Source: Tubulanus polymorphus
Lineage: Eukaryota > Animalia > Nemertea
Length of the DNA stretch: 64,000 bases
Direction of reading: 5' to 3'
NCBI RefSeq assembly: GCF_964204645.1
Contig: NC_134036.1
Location: forward strand, 10,767,859 to 10,831,858
Part shown: one piece after another, positions 1 to 13,291 of the stretch
How the letters are laid out: each line of letters begins with the position of its first letter
How positions within the stretch are numbered: position 1 is the first letter of the stretch
Position numbers and translations under genes: made by a program
Notes under the pieces: model-generated
Seen by the model: only the letters and a program-made list of their open reading frames with translations
Databases searched by the model: none
Told to the model about the DNA's origin: nothing

Positions 1-274
1 AAGAATGATAACTTTTTTTTTTTGGTTGTATATTTGTAAAATCGGCAACTATGCTCTAATCCTCAAATTTCCGATGAGTGTTGTAAAATCCAGATATTCC
101 GTTTTATATTCTTATTTCAATATATATCATATGTCACGATCCATATATATACCAGAAGAATGATGAATGAAAAGATGTTTATTCTATATTATTTTTATAC
201 TTTTTATTACGTATTCATAAAGAGATCAATAAATTATACTTTTATTTTTACGCTTATACATATATGATTGTTTT

Positions 275-1188
275 TTACTTAAATGAAATATCGAAGTACT
301 CAGGGCATTGCAGTATATCTGACGTGTCATCATCCGGACAAAATAAACATCGATCCTCCTGATTTTCGTGAAAACAGATTGACATTTCTTCTAGTTCCGG
401 TGCATCGTGCTCGAAATTGATAGCTTCTAAATTTTGCCACTGCGCGAGAGACAACGTTATACCGGTACTGGTGGCTTTTGTTTCACCGACGACAACGTCT
501 CTAGTATATTTTCTAATGTCAACGCAAATATGCCCTGAATGTAGTGAACGGTATATTTTTAAATAGTTATTTCGACCTAAGCTGAACATGCCTTTGTGTA
601 AATGATTGTTTTTTACGGATAAGATATCATCCTCGATGGCTGCTTTTCGACGGTTTAGATTTATCCATTCCTCCAAATACAACGAAATTCCACACTTTGT
701 AGGGAATAGTTTCATTTTACGATTACAATCGTGCAATCGTATGTCGATTCGTTTCTTCCCCTGCCACAATTTTACAGACGCATATACCCTCATTCCTATA
801 TAGTGAGGATCCTGGTTGAAATTCGCCTTGTAGGTTTTACATTCTGTATTGGAGACTTGCCGTAATGACTGCGGTGTTAAAACATTGTCCGTAGCATTTT
901 CATCGTGGAAGCCTGAAAAAGAAAACGAAATAATTATTATTAACAACGACTGTCATGAAAAGTGACCCCGCTACATGATATCCCCCCCTAAGTTAAAAGT
1001 ACAAAGATATTGAAAATTAAATTAAATCAAAAATTTAACGTACCACTAAAATCCAATTTTAGATTGGGGTATTTTCCTCTTCGTTCCTGTAAGTTAAGTT
1101 TTTGACGCTTTTTCGGTGCACACATATCATCGACTTCTACGATATGCAGAGACTGCAGAGAGAGATACGATGAACTAGTCGGCTCCAT
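275..1188 (-). CDS. Spliced tandem PC4/Sub1-domain ssDNA-binding protein (exons 1188-1044 and 912-275), likely element-encoded
   Basis: Two PC4-like repeats (YASVKLWQGKKRIDIR...PTKCGISLYLEEW; YLKI...CVDIRKY...TSTGITLSLAQW) plus a C-terminal Cys/His motif. ATG at 1188; the GT..AG intron 1043-913 joins a 145-nt exon in frame with ORF 275-946. Confidence 0.75.
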
Positions 1189-1454
1189 TTTAATATATTC
1201 CTTTGCGATCGTGACGATGTTTACCCCTTGATGGCTGGTAACTAAATGATAACTTTTCGACCTATGATGTAAATCTATTGCATAAATATTCTTGCCCGCA
1301 CTTGTTTTTGTGTCGTGGCAATGGTTTCACATATGTAACATTGTTTGAAATATATAACTGTCGTTATTTGGTATTGTTTAATCTATTCGAACGCGGATTA
1401 TCGCATGAGTAATCGGGTAACAGCTGGTGTAAGCATCCATCGAAATTTCAAAAT

Positions 1455-1626
1455 CCGCCATCTTTGATCACGTGACCACAACCGCCATCTTGGATCGGGG
1501 TGCCATCTTTGATCACGTGACCACAGTCGCCATCTTGGATCGGGGCGCCATCTTTGATCACGTGACCACAGCCGCCATCTTGGACGGACGCCATCTTGGA
1601 TCACATGACAGCCGCCATCTTGGATT
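1455..1626. promoter_or_regulatory. Tandem array (45-bp unit) of YY1-type GCCATCTT sites and CACGTG E-boxes between divergent PC4 and recombinase genes
   Basis: Eight GCCATCTT copies and three CACGTG read directly; the array lies between head-to-head genes. Confidence 0.6.
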
Positions 1627-1700
1627 TAACCACAACCACAATTTAACCACGGGCCTATAGTAACCCACCATCACTACTCATACATACATACACTGCACGC

Positions 1701-3060
1701 AATGACTAAGGGTGAATTTTTCCTGTCATGTTTACTGTGATGATGTTAAAAAAATTCTACAATCGGAGACATCAAAAGCAGCAGTAGAACTGATAAAGAA
1801 AAAGCCGACGTCGTTGACTGCAGAGGAGTACTGCATTGTACGCAACTTCGTGTTGTTCGTGGTTACTGCGTTGGGAGCAAGCCGCCCTTCGCTAACCGTT
1901 GGCATTACCCCGAGCGCGATTAATGATGCGAAGAAAGATGTCGATAATACGTATACGATCAAGGTATAGCCCATTCATTGTTCAAAGTATCTGAACTATT
2001 CAGCGATTATTATCTATTTTCTTTTTCAGGTTATACCGCACAAGACAACCGCTAAGTATGGTGCCGGGTATATTCACCTTGAATCTGTACCATTTGGATT
2101 TCTGAAAACATTCGCGAAGCGATTCGACAACGAACCAGACCAAACGATTTGGCGTAACTTCGAGGGAGGTGTTCTTCCGTCTCATTACCTCAACCGCTCA
2201 GTAATTGTATCAATCATTTTAGGAAATGAAATTCAGCGACTAATTCATGATATGTTTTTCAGACCTTTACAACAGTACGTAAAGTTGACCATTGGAAAAA
2301 GACAGGTTACGCCTACGATAATCCGAAAATCCATTATGACCGCCATGGCAGATAAGAATCCGCGATTGCGAACGCAATTATCGCACTACATGTTACACAG
2401 TGAAAAGACAGCTCAAAGGTTCTACAACTTAAAGGATGGACACAAAGGAACCATCGACTTGAGCAAAGCCGTAAAACGGACATTCGGGGTAGGCATAATG
2501 GCTGTAATAGACACAATTTTGTTTCATCAAGCATAACCAGTTCTTTCTTTTTGTCAGCTCGAAACAGGTGTCTTAACAAAAAAACCTCGAACGGAATCGG
2601 AGGCCGGAACGAGTGCCCCCCGGAAGAAATAGAAATGGAATCGGAGGCAGGAACGAGTGCCCCCCGGAAGACGCAGATGTCGGCACTGAAGATGTTGAAC
2701 CAGGCGAACGAAGCGAGGAACGAGGTCAAACAAACGATGAAGAAGACGAAGAAGACAGTTCCGACCGAGAACAAAATATAAGCCTAGCCTCATCCAGCAC
2801 AACCGACGTATCGGTGGTAAGTTCATTTTTATTTGTTTCCGCCAACCAAGACAGTTTCAGGATCATTCTTATCCATTTTGTTTTGCAGCGCGTAAAAAAG
2901 CGAACAAGATATGCAACGGAGGAGGTGAAGGCGATTCGGGCCGCGTTCAAAAAGTACATGCCAGCATGGAGAATAGTGCTTGTCGCAGAAAAGAATAAAG
3001 ACATAAAAAAATAGTAAATAAATACGGTGTTGACAAATTGAGGCAATACCTGAGAAACCT
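1701..3060 (+). pseudogene. Spliced tyrosine recombinase (Crypton/large-DNA-element type), partly disrupted
   Basis: Exons about 1712-1963, 2030-2200 and 2276-2488 give R (GASRPS), K (PHKT), TIIRKS, H (HYMLH) and Y (AQRFY) in canonical order, then an acidic linker and a KRTRYATEEVKAIRAAF tail. Frame problems at the 5' and 3' ends. Confidence 0.65.
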
Positions 3061-3204
3061 TTGAATAAATGATTTAGATATATCGAATTTCACTCTTATT
3101 GTTATCACTTTTCGGTCATCAAACGAGGATTTCTAGCAAAAACCCGGACACATCTGAAAAATGAGGAATTATAACGATTTGGATCCTAAAAAAAAATCAC
3201 TCAT

Positions 3205-3410
3205 CCGGGATTCGAACCTGATTGTATAGGGATACTTCTAACAGGATGGACTTTACGCACACGCTAATAATTTAATTCGGGATTCGAACATGATTGTATA
3301 GGGATACTTCTAACAGGATGGACTTTACGCACACGCTAATAATTTAATATGGGATTCGAACATGATTGTATAGGGATACTTCTGATACGATGGACTTTAC
3401 GCACATTCTA
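3205..3410. repeat. Tandem repeat, 3 x 72 bp, each unit containing GGGATTCGAAC and TTTACGCACA
   Basis: GGGATTCGAAC cores at 3207, 3279 and 3351; related copies at about 4390-4510. Confidence 0.85.
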
Positions 3411-4917
3411 CTTTGAGGCTGTCAGTCTCTAACCGGATGGCTTTTGCGCACACTCTATTTCAAAAGCCTTTTTCGAGTACCCGGTCCCGGGGCCGACCCC
3501 TGGGGTCTAACGCGTCGTGCCGCGCATGCGCGGACTCCTGACGACCTCGAGCGGAGTCTAGAGGCCTCGTCCGCTACTGACGTGCGATGGGTCTCATGAA
3601 TAGGCCGGGTACCGTTTTGAGGGGTCCAACAATATTCAGGGCTGTAAAATAAACGAAATAACTCCGGAAGGATACGTCCGACGACGCCCATTTTTTCGTG
3701 TATAGATTCCCTGTGGGACCCTCAACGCGTGACCGGAAGTTCAAATCTCCACACCCGACACTTCCGGCGGAAGAGCTGTTTCGAGAAACCGATTTGGCCC
3801 TTACGCACATCGACCCCCCCCCCCCCCCACCTTTCGGGGGTCACCGCTCCTAAACCCCTGGACCGATTTTCGAGTCACCTAAGCCAAAACGTTCAGGAAG
3901 ACCTGTACTACCGGAACATCCGGTTTATAGACCCCCTAACATAGCCCAGGTCTGCCCTGAATCGGCCAAAAAATGAGGTAAAGGTGAGTATCACCTTTAC
4001 TTGATTCGAAAGTCGAGATCATTTCACAAATTTGATTTTCGCTTTAAACGACTCTAGAGTCCTTATTACTGGACGTAGATCCCCGTTTCCGGTCTCATTT
4101 GAAAGCTCTAATAAAGAGCGACGTTTTCCTTCTACAAATCCAGATTCGGTCCAGGGACTACCGAGAATTCGGACTTCAAAGATTTTTCGTTGCCCTTACG
4201 CACATGCCTTTTTTTCGATCGGAAAATAGTCGGACTAGCTTCTAGTTAGAAAACCGCGATTCTGATCGAAAAACCGATACCACCACGCGATTCTACACAC
4301 CCCAGAGCACCCGAATGTCGTAGTCTGCCCCTTAAGAAATGCGTTTTTAAAAAACATTTTTTCTCGTTTTGGTGTGCTCAACGTCCGATTTAGGGATACC
4401 TTTTACCTAGGGATATTTCTAACCGGATGGCTTATGGGCACACACGATTAATTCGGGATTCGAACCCGACCGTATGGGTATACCTCTAACCGGATGGCTT
4501 TTACGCACACTGTACTTAGAGAAGATTATTCCCGCGAAATGCTGCGCGGGAGTGCCCAAAATACGGGATAGGTCGTTGCCCTAAACGTATCCCCGAACTG
4601 GGGAATCCCCTACTACCGGTAGCAATTTCGGGTATCCAAGGCCTGGGCGATGTTCTCAGGGAGTCATTCGACGTCGTGGGAGGTTTTGATTTTCAATTAT
4701 AGGGGGCGTTTTTTTATGTGCCCATGGGCCGGCTTAACACTTGAGGAAAACAACGAAAAAGGCGAAAACAACGTTCCCTTACGTTCTAAACTGGAAGACA
4801 ATTTTTGCAGAGTTCTCCACGCGAAATGGAACAATTCTATTACCGTAGGGGGCGCTTTAGGGAGAAAAAATTTTTTTTTTTCTGACTTTTTTTTGGACGA
4901 AATTTCGTTCCGACTTA

Positions 4918-7900
4918 TGCACCCGTCAATGAAATCCCTGTACCCCCCCCTATATAGGCATTCGACATAGATACGACTCATACGACTGTCATTCGACCTC
5001 GTATGCCTTACTAATAAAATTCCACTGCGATCGTTTGAAAGTCGTATGTCTCTCTTCAAAACAGCAAAGATTTTCGAATGGATATCGAGTTGCAAGCGAA
5101 TGGATGTCTAATGGTGCATAGATGAAAGCGATTGGATGTCGTATGCCAGTAGAATGCATTTCATGATTTGGGATTCGAACCTTATACATTTGATTAGACT
5201 GGTTCCGTCGATTCTGTTCAGAACTGAAAGTAGAGACCGGGGACCAGTCTAACATAGATGTCGCATCTATACGGACAAGTTCAATCCAATTTACGACTCA
5301 TCCAAAATGGCTGAACTTGCCGAATTGCCGATGAGGTAATTTCTTTTTGCTTTTGGATGCATGTGATGGCAACTTCTTTATGAATTGTTATAGCCTACTT
5401 TTAAACTAGAATAAGTAATTAATTGATATGTGCAGCGTCAGATAAGCGGGCGTGGCCGTCACCATCCTCTACGTATCAGATTTAATGCAAGTCCCAATCT
5501 CAATATTCAATTCAATTCAATAATAAAAACTTTAATGATTTCATTAGAAAAAGTCATGTCTAGGCCTATATTTCTTATATTTCGGTGTTGGTAACTAGAC
5601 TTTGGATCAGTTTCACGATTGGTATTCTTATACAACCTAATAATAATCATGATAATAGTCCAATGGCATAAGTCTAGTATAAAAAAGGCTACCTAGTTTT
5701 TCAGCCTGGTAATGGTAGGCCTATTGGTAATCCCTGTGTGTTGGATTGGTAATCCCTGTGTGTTGTTGATTTGATTGTTGCTTACACCCCTGCCAGAACT
5801 TTGTAAACTATGATTCAAGGGTCGGTTTTTTTTATCCTCTCCTTCACATGCAAGAATAAGATACATTTTCATGAAACTCTGGACTCTCGTCTCAGACGGT
5901 ATCTCAATGTGCAGGCCTAGGCTTATTATTGGAGATCCCGTTGTCATCTGATTAATCAGTTGCTCCCTGTGGTGGAAATTTTTAAACTATTTGAAGTTTT
6001 AAATTTTAGATTTCGTCGTATATGGAACGCCCCTATAACATATCTGAAAACATGGTATTAACTTATAAATTTTTTTCAGGTTTTTCCGGGTACAAATTGG
6101 AGATGAAAGGAAAATAATGAAAGTAACATGTTACGACGAAATCGTCCAAAAAGGTATCTAAATGTCACTGACATTAGTATTACATTGTACAATATCAAAA
6201 TCACCATAGAATTAGGCCTATAGTTGACATAGCTTCATGGCTTGAATTTCATACTATTCTGAGAATATCGCTGATGATTATCCTTTGGTTTCCTGTACCT
6301 GTTACATGAGCCAGCCACCAAAATTATCTCTAATAGGCCCACTTTAAGATTTCTTCTATTTAGGCTTAATATGTTCATTTTTTAGCTGCGTCTAAGCTGA
6401 ATATAGAACCGCAACATGTAAGAGTATATCTCTCAGATAGAAAAACTCAAATAGATGAAGAATCATTCGATGTCATTGCCAATGACAGTGTTCTCGTTAT
6501 CGATGATATAACTACATGTACAGTGAAAGAAGATTCTAGTACTACATGTGGTAGCACCATAATTCTAAGTGAAGATGAAGGTATGTGTTCAAGGCTCCAT
6601 TAAAATTCAGATAGGCCTATGTAGGATAAACTGCATCCGTTTGATTTGTATATTTTGTGTCACGTTTTTGTAGAACCCTTTGAGATATTGTCATGAAACT
6701 TGGTACACATGTTCAGGGTGATCCCTGTTGTTTGCTATTTAGATTCAAGTTGATTCGATTATCGGTTGCACCACCTTGTTGGGACTTTGTATTTTGTGAT
6801 ATATATGATACATTTAAATATAGGCCTACAATGTATTTTGATAAATGTGATATATTTTCTGTATTTTTTCTCATATTGCAGGTTCTGACCCTATTCTGGA
6901 GCCGAGACCAGTCATGTTGTTGAAACAACAAAAATTACCATACAATTTAATGTCATGGGTACAGAAATCTTCAAAGATATATCCTGAGACGGGAAAAAAT
7001 GCGAATTACTATAAACAGATTAACAAAACGTGTGAGGGATTAGCTTTAGATCAACCAGACCTATTGGATAAAAAAGGTGAATTATTAACTAAGGCAAGAA
7101 AAATTGTAAATGAGACATACAAATTTCAGAAAGGTTATACCAAATCAAAATTGGTAGAGAGACCCGAGAATCCAGGAAAACGAAAACGGTGGCTTAATAA
7201 CGCTGTAAGGGCTGAGGTCAAAGCTGAAAAACTGAAAAAAGTTGAACATTTGGAAACAGACATTAAAATTTTAGAGGGCTCGTTAAAGTCAAAAATTGCC
7301 CATGAGAAATGGGAAGATGCCCAGTCTATTCAGGATAAAATTAAGGTTTTATCAAGTGAAAAATTTGGGCTTATAAGAGAATGCAACTTAATCAACAAAG
7401 CTGAGAAAAAAGCGAAAACTGACAAAAAGTGCTTAGCTAAAAGGAAGTCCTGTACTATTACAAAGCCGAGTAACAGTACCAGTGGTTCATCTGATGATAT
7501 AATTCCTCTTGACCAGCAGCTCATTCCAGAAGCAACTTCAGTGATAGAGGTTGCTACAACCGATATTCAACCGAGTACTTCTGGCCATCAGAGCGATCAC
7601 AACTATGTGGACTTTTCTGTCAATGAATATCACAATGATTATGATACTGATGACCAGGTAAGTCAGAGTATATATTATTCTGAACGAAGTGGTGTTCCTC
7701 TCATTAATGGTGATGTCAAGATCTCTCCATTTAAAAAATTAACATTGGATAAATTCATATCAGTAACAAGTTCCATTTGCAAGTCAGAAAATCATGAAAA
7801 CTGTTCTTGCCCAGAGAAATTAAAAGTTGCTCAATATATCTTACAAAATCAGCCTGTAACCATGGAACAGATTAGAAATGTTTGTAAAAAGAATTTATCA

Positions 7901-10900
7901 CCCCACAATTTCGATATGTTCTTGTTAAGATTGCCTGTAGTTATTTTGACATTAGGAAGGGATAATCTCGGTGTTGTTATCAATGGTGCAACCACCAAAT
8001 ACGTAGTAGAAAAAGATCCAGAGATCGATTACTCCAAGCTTTATTTAACACTAGAAAAACTAGGGCTGATACAGAGGCAGAAGCCAACATCCTCGTTTAC
8101 TGGTCTTACCTTAGAAAAACTAAGAGACTTGAAGGCACTAGCATCTTCAGAAATTGATAGACAACTGATTTCCTATGCAGCCACTGCTGGTCTAGGCACT
8201 CGTAAGTCGAGAGAGATTCTTCATGTTACCACTGATAAGAGGCGCATAGATGAAGCCATATTCGAGCATAAGAAATTGGTTGGTATTTATAACAAGTTAG
8301 CCATTTGTGAAGACAAAGTATTTCTCAGTGCCAATGGTATCAGTGATGATGAAAACTTACTGTATAATATGGACTCAGACACAGAAATAGGGAGTATTGT
8401 TGATGAGGATTCAGACAAAAATGATGGCAATTTGGAGGACAACTCGTTTCCTTTGGAATTAAGTAGCTCATCATCCGAAGAAGAGACTGTCGACTGGTCA
8501 AATATGGAAGGTGTATCAGATCCTACTTTCCGTAGTATTGTTATTAATCATCGTAAGAAGATTAAAGCTAAAATGCAGCGACGCATTCAGCGCAAAAAGT
8601 CCGAAATGAGAACATGTGGGCGTAAATACAGGAGGAAAGCTAAAACAATACTACAGCGACATCCAAACATTGGACAGTTCATAGAGGAATGCGTCAGAAA
8701 ATCAGGTGTGGGAGCTGATAAGTGGAGATCCTCCGGAAGCCTTACATGGGAAAGAAAACACGTAGGACAAAAGATGACATTCGAGAAACTACGGAAAAAA
8801 GTGTCTGAAGAAATTAATGAAAAAATCAGTCATGGGACATTAGTCCAGTTATGTTATCCAAAAAATAGAAGGAATAAATCGGCTGAAAGGTATAAAGGGG
8901 TGGCAAATATTCGAAGCAGGAGAGCCAGGAAGGGGTTTGACATCAAGCTCAATGTCGATGAAAAATGGTCAAACGCTCTTTATAAAAGTCTTGACACCCT
9001 TCAAAAAAATAACCCCAAGGAAATACTCTACATAAACCGTGACGACACAACTGGTCACCGACTGGACACCTTGACCACATCAGCAAAGCACAGATCTTTG
9101 ATGGTTCAAGACAACGTAGACATGGCAACCAGGACTGATTTTACAAATAAAGAACAGTCAGTAATACAAACTTCATCATATTATTTTGCTGGGCACAATG
9201 ATTCTACTGTTGATGATCAATATGCTGGTGTGGTCAAGGCTGTCAAACTTACAGCGAAAAATGCATCTCAGCATAGTGCAGACCTCAGAATGTTGAAAGA
9301 TCAACCAGAATTTAAAGGCCGTTTCGATAAACCCATTGATTGCATACGCGTTGATGGGGGCAATGATGAAAGTCCTTCTCACCTAGAGAATCAGTTCATC
9401 TGGGCCGAATGGCACTTGGAACAAAGTAAGTTGGTAACCATGGTAACCACTCGCTGTAGTGGAAACAGTTATTTAAACGAGGTTGAGAGGCTGAATGGAG
9501 AAATCGGCAGGGCAGCAACTAATCTATTTATTCCATCCAACATTCTTGGACCAAACAAAAATCCTCAAACAGGAAAGATAGATGATGAAATGGTTGCCAG
9601 AAATCAACGTGCTGCTGCAGACTATTATGTTGAACGTGTAAATGGTGCTTTATTTAACAACAAGCCTATACTCATGTATAATTGTGCCACAGATCAAAGG
9701 GCAGTTGATTATCAGGAACGCAGGGATTTACTCCTTAATTTTCTGAAATCTGGAACTGAAGCGAGACAGCGGTTAATTGATCAAAGCAATGGCCAAGAAA
9801 GCGATTTACTCATCCATTTTGCTGATGTATGTAAAATTATGTCTACACACCAAGTTCAACCTTCCTCCAAGTACACCTATATTCTCATGTGCTGTTTCCA
9901 AAAGGAATGCATTCATCCAATGTGCAGCAGATATTCAGATAAGAAAATTGAGGACTTCTCTTGGTTCAAAGATGGCCCTCCTATAAACTTCATACCGTGG
10001 CCATTGAAAGATGAGCAACGCTTACCTGAAATGTGCAACAAATGTAAGCCAGTATGCACGGGACACTATCTACAATGGGACAAGTTGTATGACATATGGC
10101 GTACCAACCAGAAAATAGATCCAAATGATACTTTACCCAGCGAAGTATTGAAAAACTATTTCAAAAATGTAACCAAAAAGATTCGAGGGCACGCACAGGT
10201 GAAACCAGTTGATTTCCAGATAAATGACCAAAAAGCCAAGGAGCTAGCTTCACGCCTCTGTATCAGCGAAGCAATGGTCAAATATGAAATAGAACATCTC
10301 AGGCTTGTAGCTATTTCTAGGTCTCAAGGAGCTATTCAAGCTGCATTAACACGAGCAACTCGTAGGGATTAAAAGTTTTATAAATTTTAAAGGTTAAATT
10401 ATCAATATATATGTTATTATGATAGTATGGATTTCTATACCATTGACAAAGAAATTCTGTGATTGTGTGCATGGACCCGACTTGAATATTTTGGAAAAAT
10501 GTCAATGTTTTCGGATAGTCCTGAAGAGCCTGTAAAAAATATTTTGGATATGTGGAAATTGGTTCATGCATCGGGTCACTGAAACCCATCATCCTCTATA
10601 GCTTAATAATTGGCGGTAAACTGATGTGATTGATTACTGTCATTTATTTTGATTTCAGACATGGGCATGATGTGGTAAACAAAGACCTTTGGAGCCTCGT
10701 ATCAACCTTAAAAAGTTGTGACTGTCTCAATTTTGTCAGTTGATGGTTCAGAATCACAGATTTATACTATTCTGGCTTAGGATTAAGCATTTTTAAGCCA
10801 AAATGCGCATTTTCTGTTTTGGCGACATATTCGCCTCTCAGGGAACTGCCACCTATACATGTATGTTGTGCAAGGATCGTGCACTTAATTTTTATTTCCA

Positions 10901-12637
10901 GCCCAAAATGGATATTTTTTTCTTTTCATAATTTTGGTGACGTAACTTCTCAGGGAACTGTGAGAATACATGTATTATGTAATGCTCTTGAATTATAATA
11001 CTGAGATTAGTGTATCATAACCTTGGATGTGAAATTCTGTATTGTGAAGTGTAGTGTTACCATTGGTTTAATATCCGTGATGAACAGTGTGAGGAATCTT
11101 ATTAATTGTATACTATTTGATATCTCTTTTATATTCTGCATTTGAGCATATGGTAGGGGAAGATGAGTAGAATCGAAAAAGGGTGATACTTACTCATGAC
11201 CAAGGATTCAACTGTTGCCTGCCGGAAGTGGGATCTGCTAATTGGGTAAATTTAAAGTTCTTGGTTAAAGTATTATACGTACTCTTAACATCTATCAAAA
11301 CAAGTGACAAATTTAAACAGTTTTAGCCTATGCATTTTTCTTGAACTGTGAAATTGTAGATGATAATACGTTCTGGCAGGAAACAGTTGAAATTTAAATA
11401 ATTGATAATTTTGCATTTAACCAATTAGAATACAATAAGATTTGTTGAATTTATATTTTAATTTTATAAAAGTAATTTTATGATGCCCCAATGGGGATTC
11501 ATTTTAATAGATGATCAATAAAGTTTCATACGGTAGTTATATTAACTCTAATTTTCTGACAAAGAAATTTTTCATTCTGCTGACACAATGCAGGAAGTTG
11601 TGTCAACCAAAATCGGTTAAAATGAGAAATAATTAACTCCTTGCATTGTGTTTCGGCCCTATTATGATAGAGACATCCAAAAATTAGAATTAAGAAATTA
11701 AATTTTAAATCAACTTTGCCAGAAGCTCTGTAACTTTCTAGAGATTGAAAACTATTGTAGTATAATTTAAATCATTTCATGTCTCCATCATAGAAAGGTG
11801 GTTAGGGTGCTTCATCGAGCCGTGGGCCAGCTGTACATGCATTAGTATACGCATCTATTATAGTGAAGAGGTAACTATAACTAAAATATCATCAAGACAA
11901 CAATATTCTTTGAATTTTATTATCTATCTAATGGATATACAGCATCATCATCAGAGCAGAATAACTCGATGATTATAGCACAACGAAGGTTAGTTTAATG
12001 AATGAGATATTATTCTAGTAGCTTTCATCAACTGGTTGTCCAAGCATCTAGCAAGAACAACAAGCCTCTAGGATATATATCTTCGTAATGTAGCCTTGTG
12101 TTTATCATTTGCCAGAAATAATTCATGAACATTTTGGGGCAATTGTGATAAACACCCACTGAAATGAAGAAATGATATGTATTAATTGGCCAGACTAGAG
12201 CCCCTAGGCTACATCACTGCAAAAATGGATGGATGTTAGTGTTATTAGTAGCATGCTGAAAAGGTAGGGTTTTGTTTGTTATCTGCTGGAACTGCTGGCA
12301 TGAAGAATCTAATCAGCTAAGATGCGGCTATGTGCCCCTGCCTCGGGGTCATAGAAGATGATGTCGAATACCTGTAGAGTATGCCTCTTTAACTGTTCTA
12401 CTAGGCCTGCTATGATCGCATGACTGTCGAATGGCCTACACAGGTGATTATGATGTTGAGTCGAACCATGAGCGAATGGCATGTGTAAGTTATATGGCAA
12501 GGAATCTTACACTGGTAGAATACCTGACTATTTAAAATCACACTCTGGTGAAGGATTGTCGAATGCCTGACGTATGAAAATTATTTATAATCGAATGCCT
12601 ATATAGGGGGGGTACAGGGATTTCATTGACGGGTGCA
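4918..12637 (+). mobile_element. Zator-like DDE DNA transposon, 7.7 kb, apparently full length
   Basis: TIRs 4918-4965 and 12591-12637 (TGCACCCGTCAATGAAATCCCTGTAC..., one indel in the C-run); 3-bp TTA duplication at 4915-4917 and 12638-12640; subterminal CATTCGAC/GTCGAATG repeats; intact transposase ORF inside. Confidence 0.8.
5307..10372 (+). CDS. Zator-like transposase, predicted 4 exons (5307-5335, 6080-6153, 6386-6580, 6882-10372), about 1262 aa
   Basis: The 1152-aa ORF has INRDD, KPIDCIRVDGGNDESP and SYLNEVER, matching the Zator/TP36 DDE motifs (QDD / VDGGPDENP / SAFNxVER). GT-AG exon phases (2,1,1) join in frame. Confidence 0.72.
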
Positions 12638-13024
12638 TTAGGGGGGATCCCGAGGGAATTCCCTAACTTGCGCCCGGCCCAGACCCTCGAAAAGGTCGGT
12701 AGCCGTAGTACGGGAGGGGTCTAGCCACCCCCGGAGTTTCGGCCGTTTGCCGCGCCCGTAAGCGCCCGAACGGCCGGGCCCGATACGGACCCGTCGGGAG
12801 AGCGTCGAAACGCGATTAAAAAATTATGTGCCTAAGTCACGTCGATGTGCCCAAGGGAAGAGAAGTGTGCATAAGGGGTGCAGAAGTGTGCACAAAGGCA
12901 AAAAGGTATGTGCCTAAAGGCCGACTTGTCCTTCGGCACATCCTAGGATTCTAACGTTCGTACTTTATGAACACTTTTGGACTATGCGCACATTTTAAAT
13001 GTTCCGATCTCGGTAGGATTCTGG

Positions 13025-13195
13025 CCCTAACCCTATCCCTGCCCCTGCCCCTGCCCCTCCTCCTCCCCTTCCCCCTCCCCCTCCCCCTCCCCCTCCCCCT
13101 CCCTCTCCCTCTCCCTCTCCCTCTCCCTCTCCCTCTCCCTCTCCCTCTCCCTCTCCCTCTCCCTCTCCCTCTCCCTCTCCCTCTCCCTCTCCCTC
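13025..13195. repeat. Hexamer microsatellite (CCCTNN)n, mostly CCCTCT
   Basis: Direct reading. Confidence 0.95.
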
Positions 13196-13291
13196 GTAGC
13201 GCTCGTCGAAGCCGGTCGTACCGCCGAACAGCGAGGCGGCCGAGCCGCCGATAACCCGGACGACGACGACGAGATCAGCGACGCGGAGGAG

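Noticed and set aside
1455-3410. CRISPR-like arrays
   Set aside because: The units are head-to-tail repeats without unique spacers, there are no cas genes, and the context is eukaryotic.
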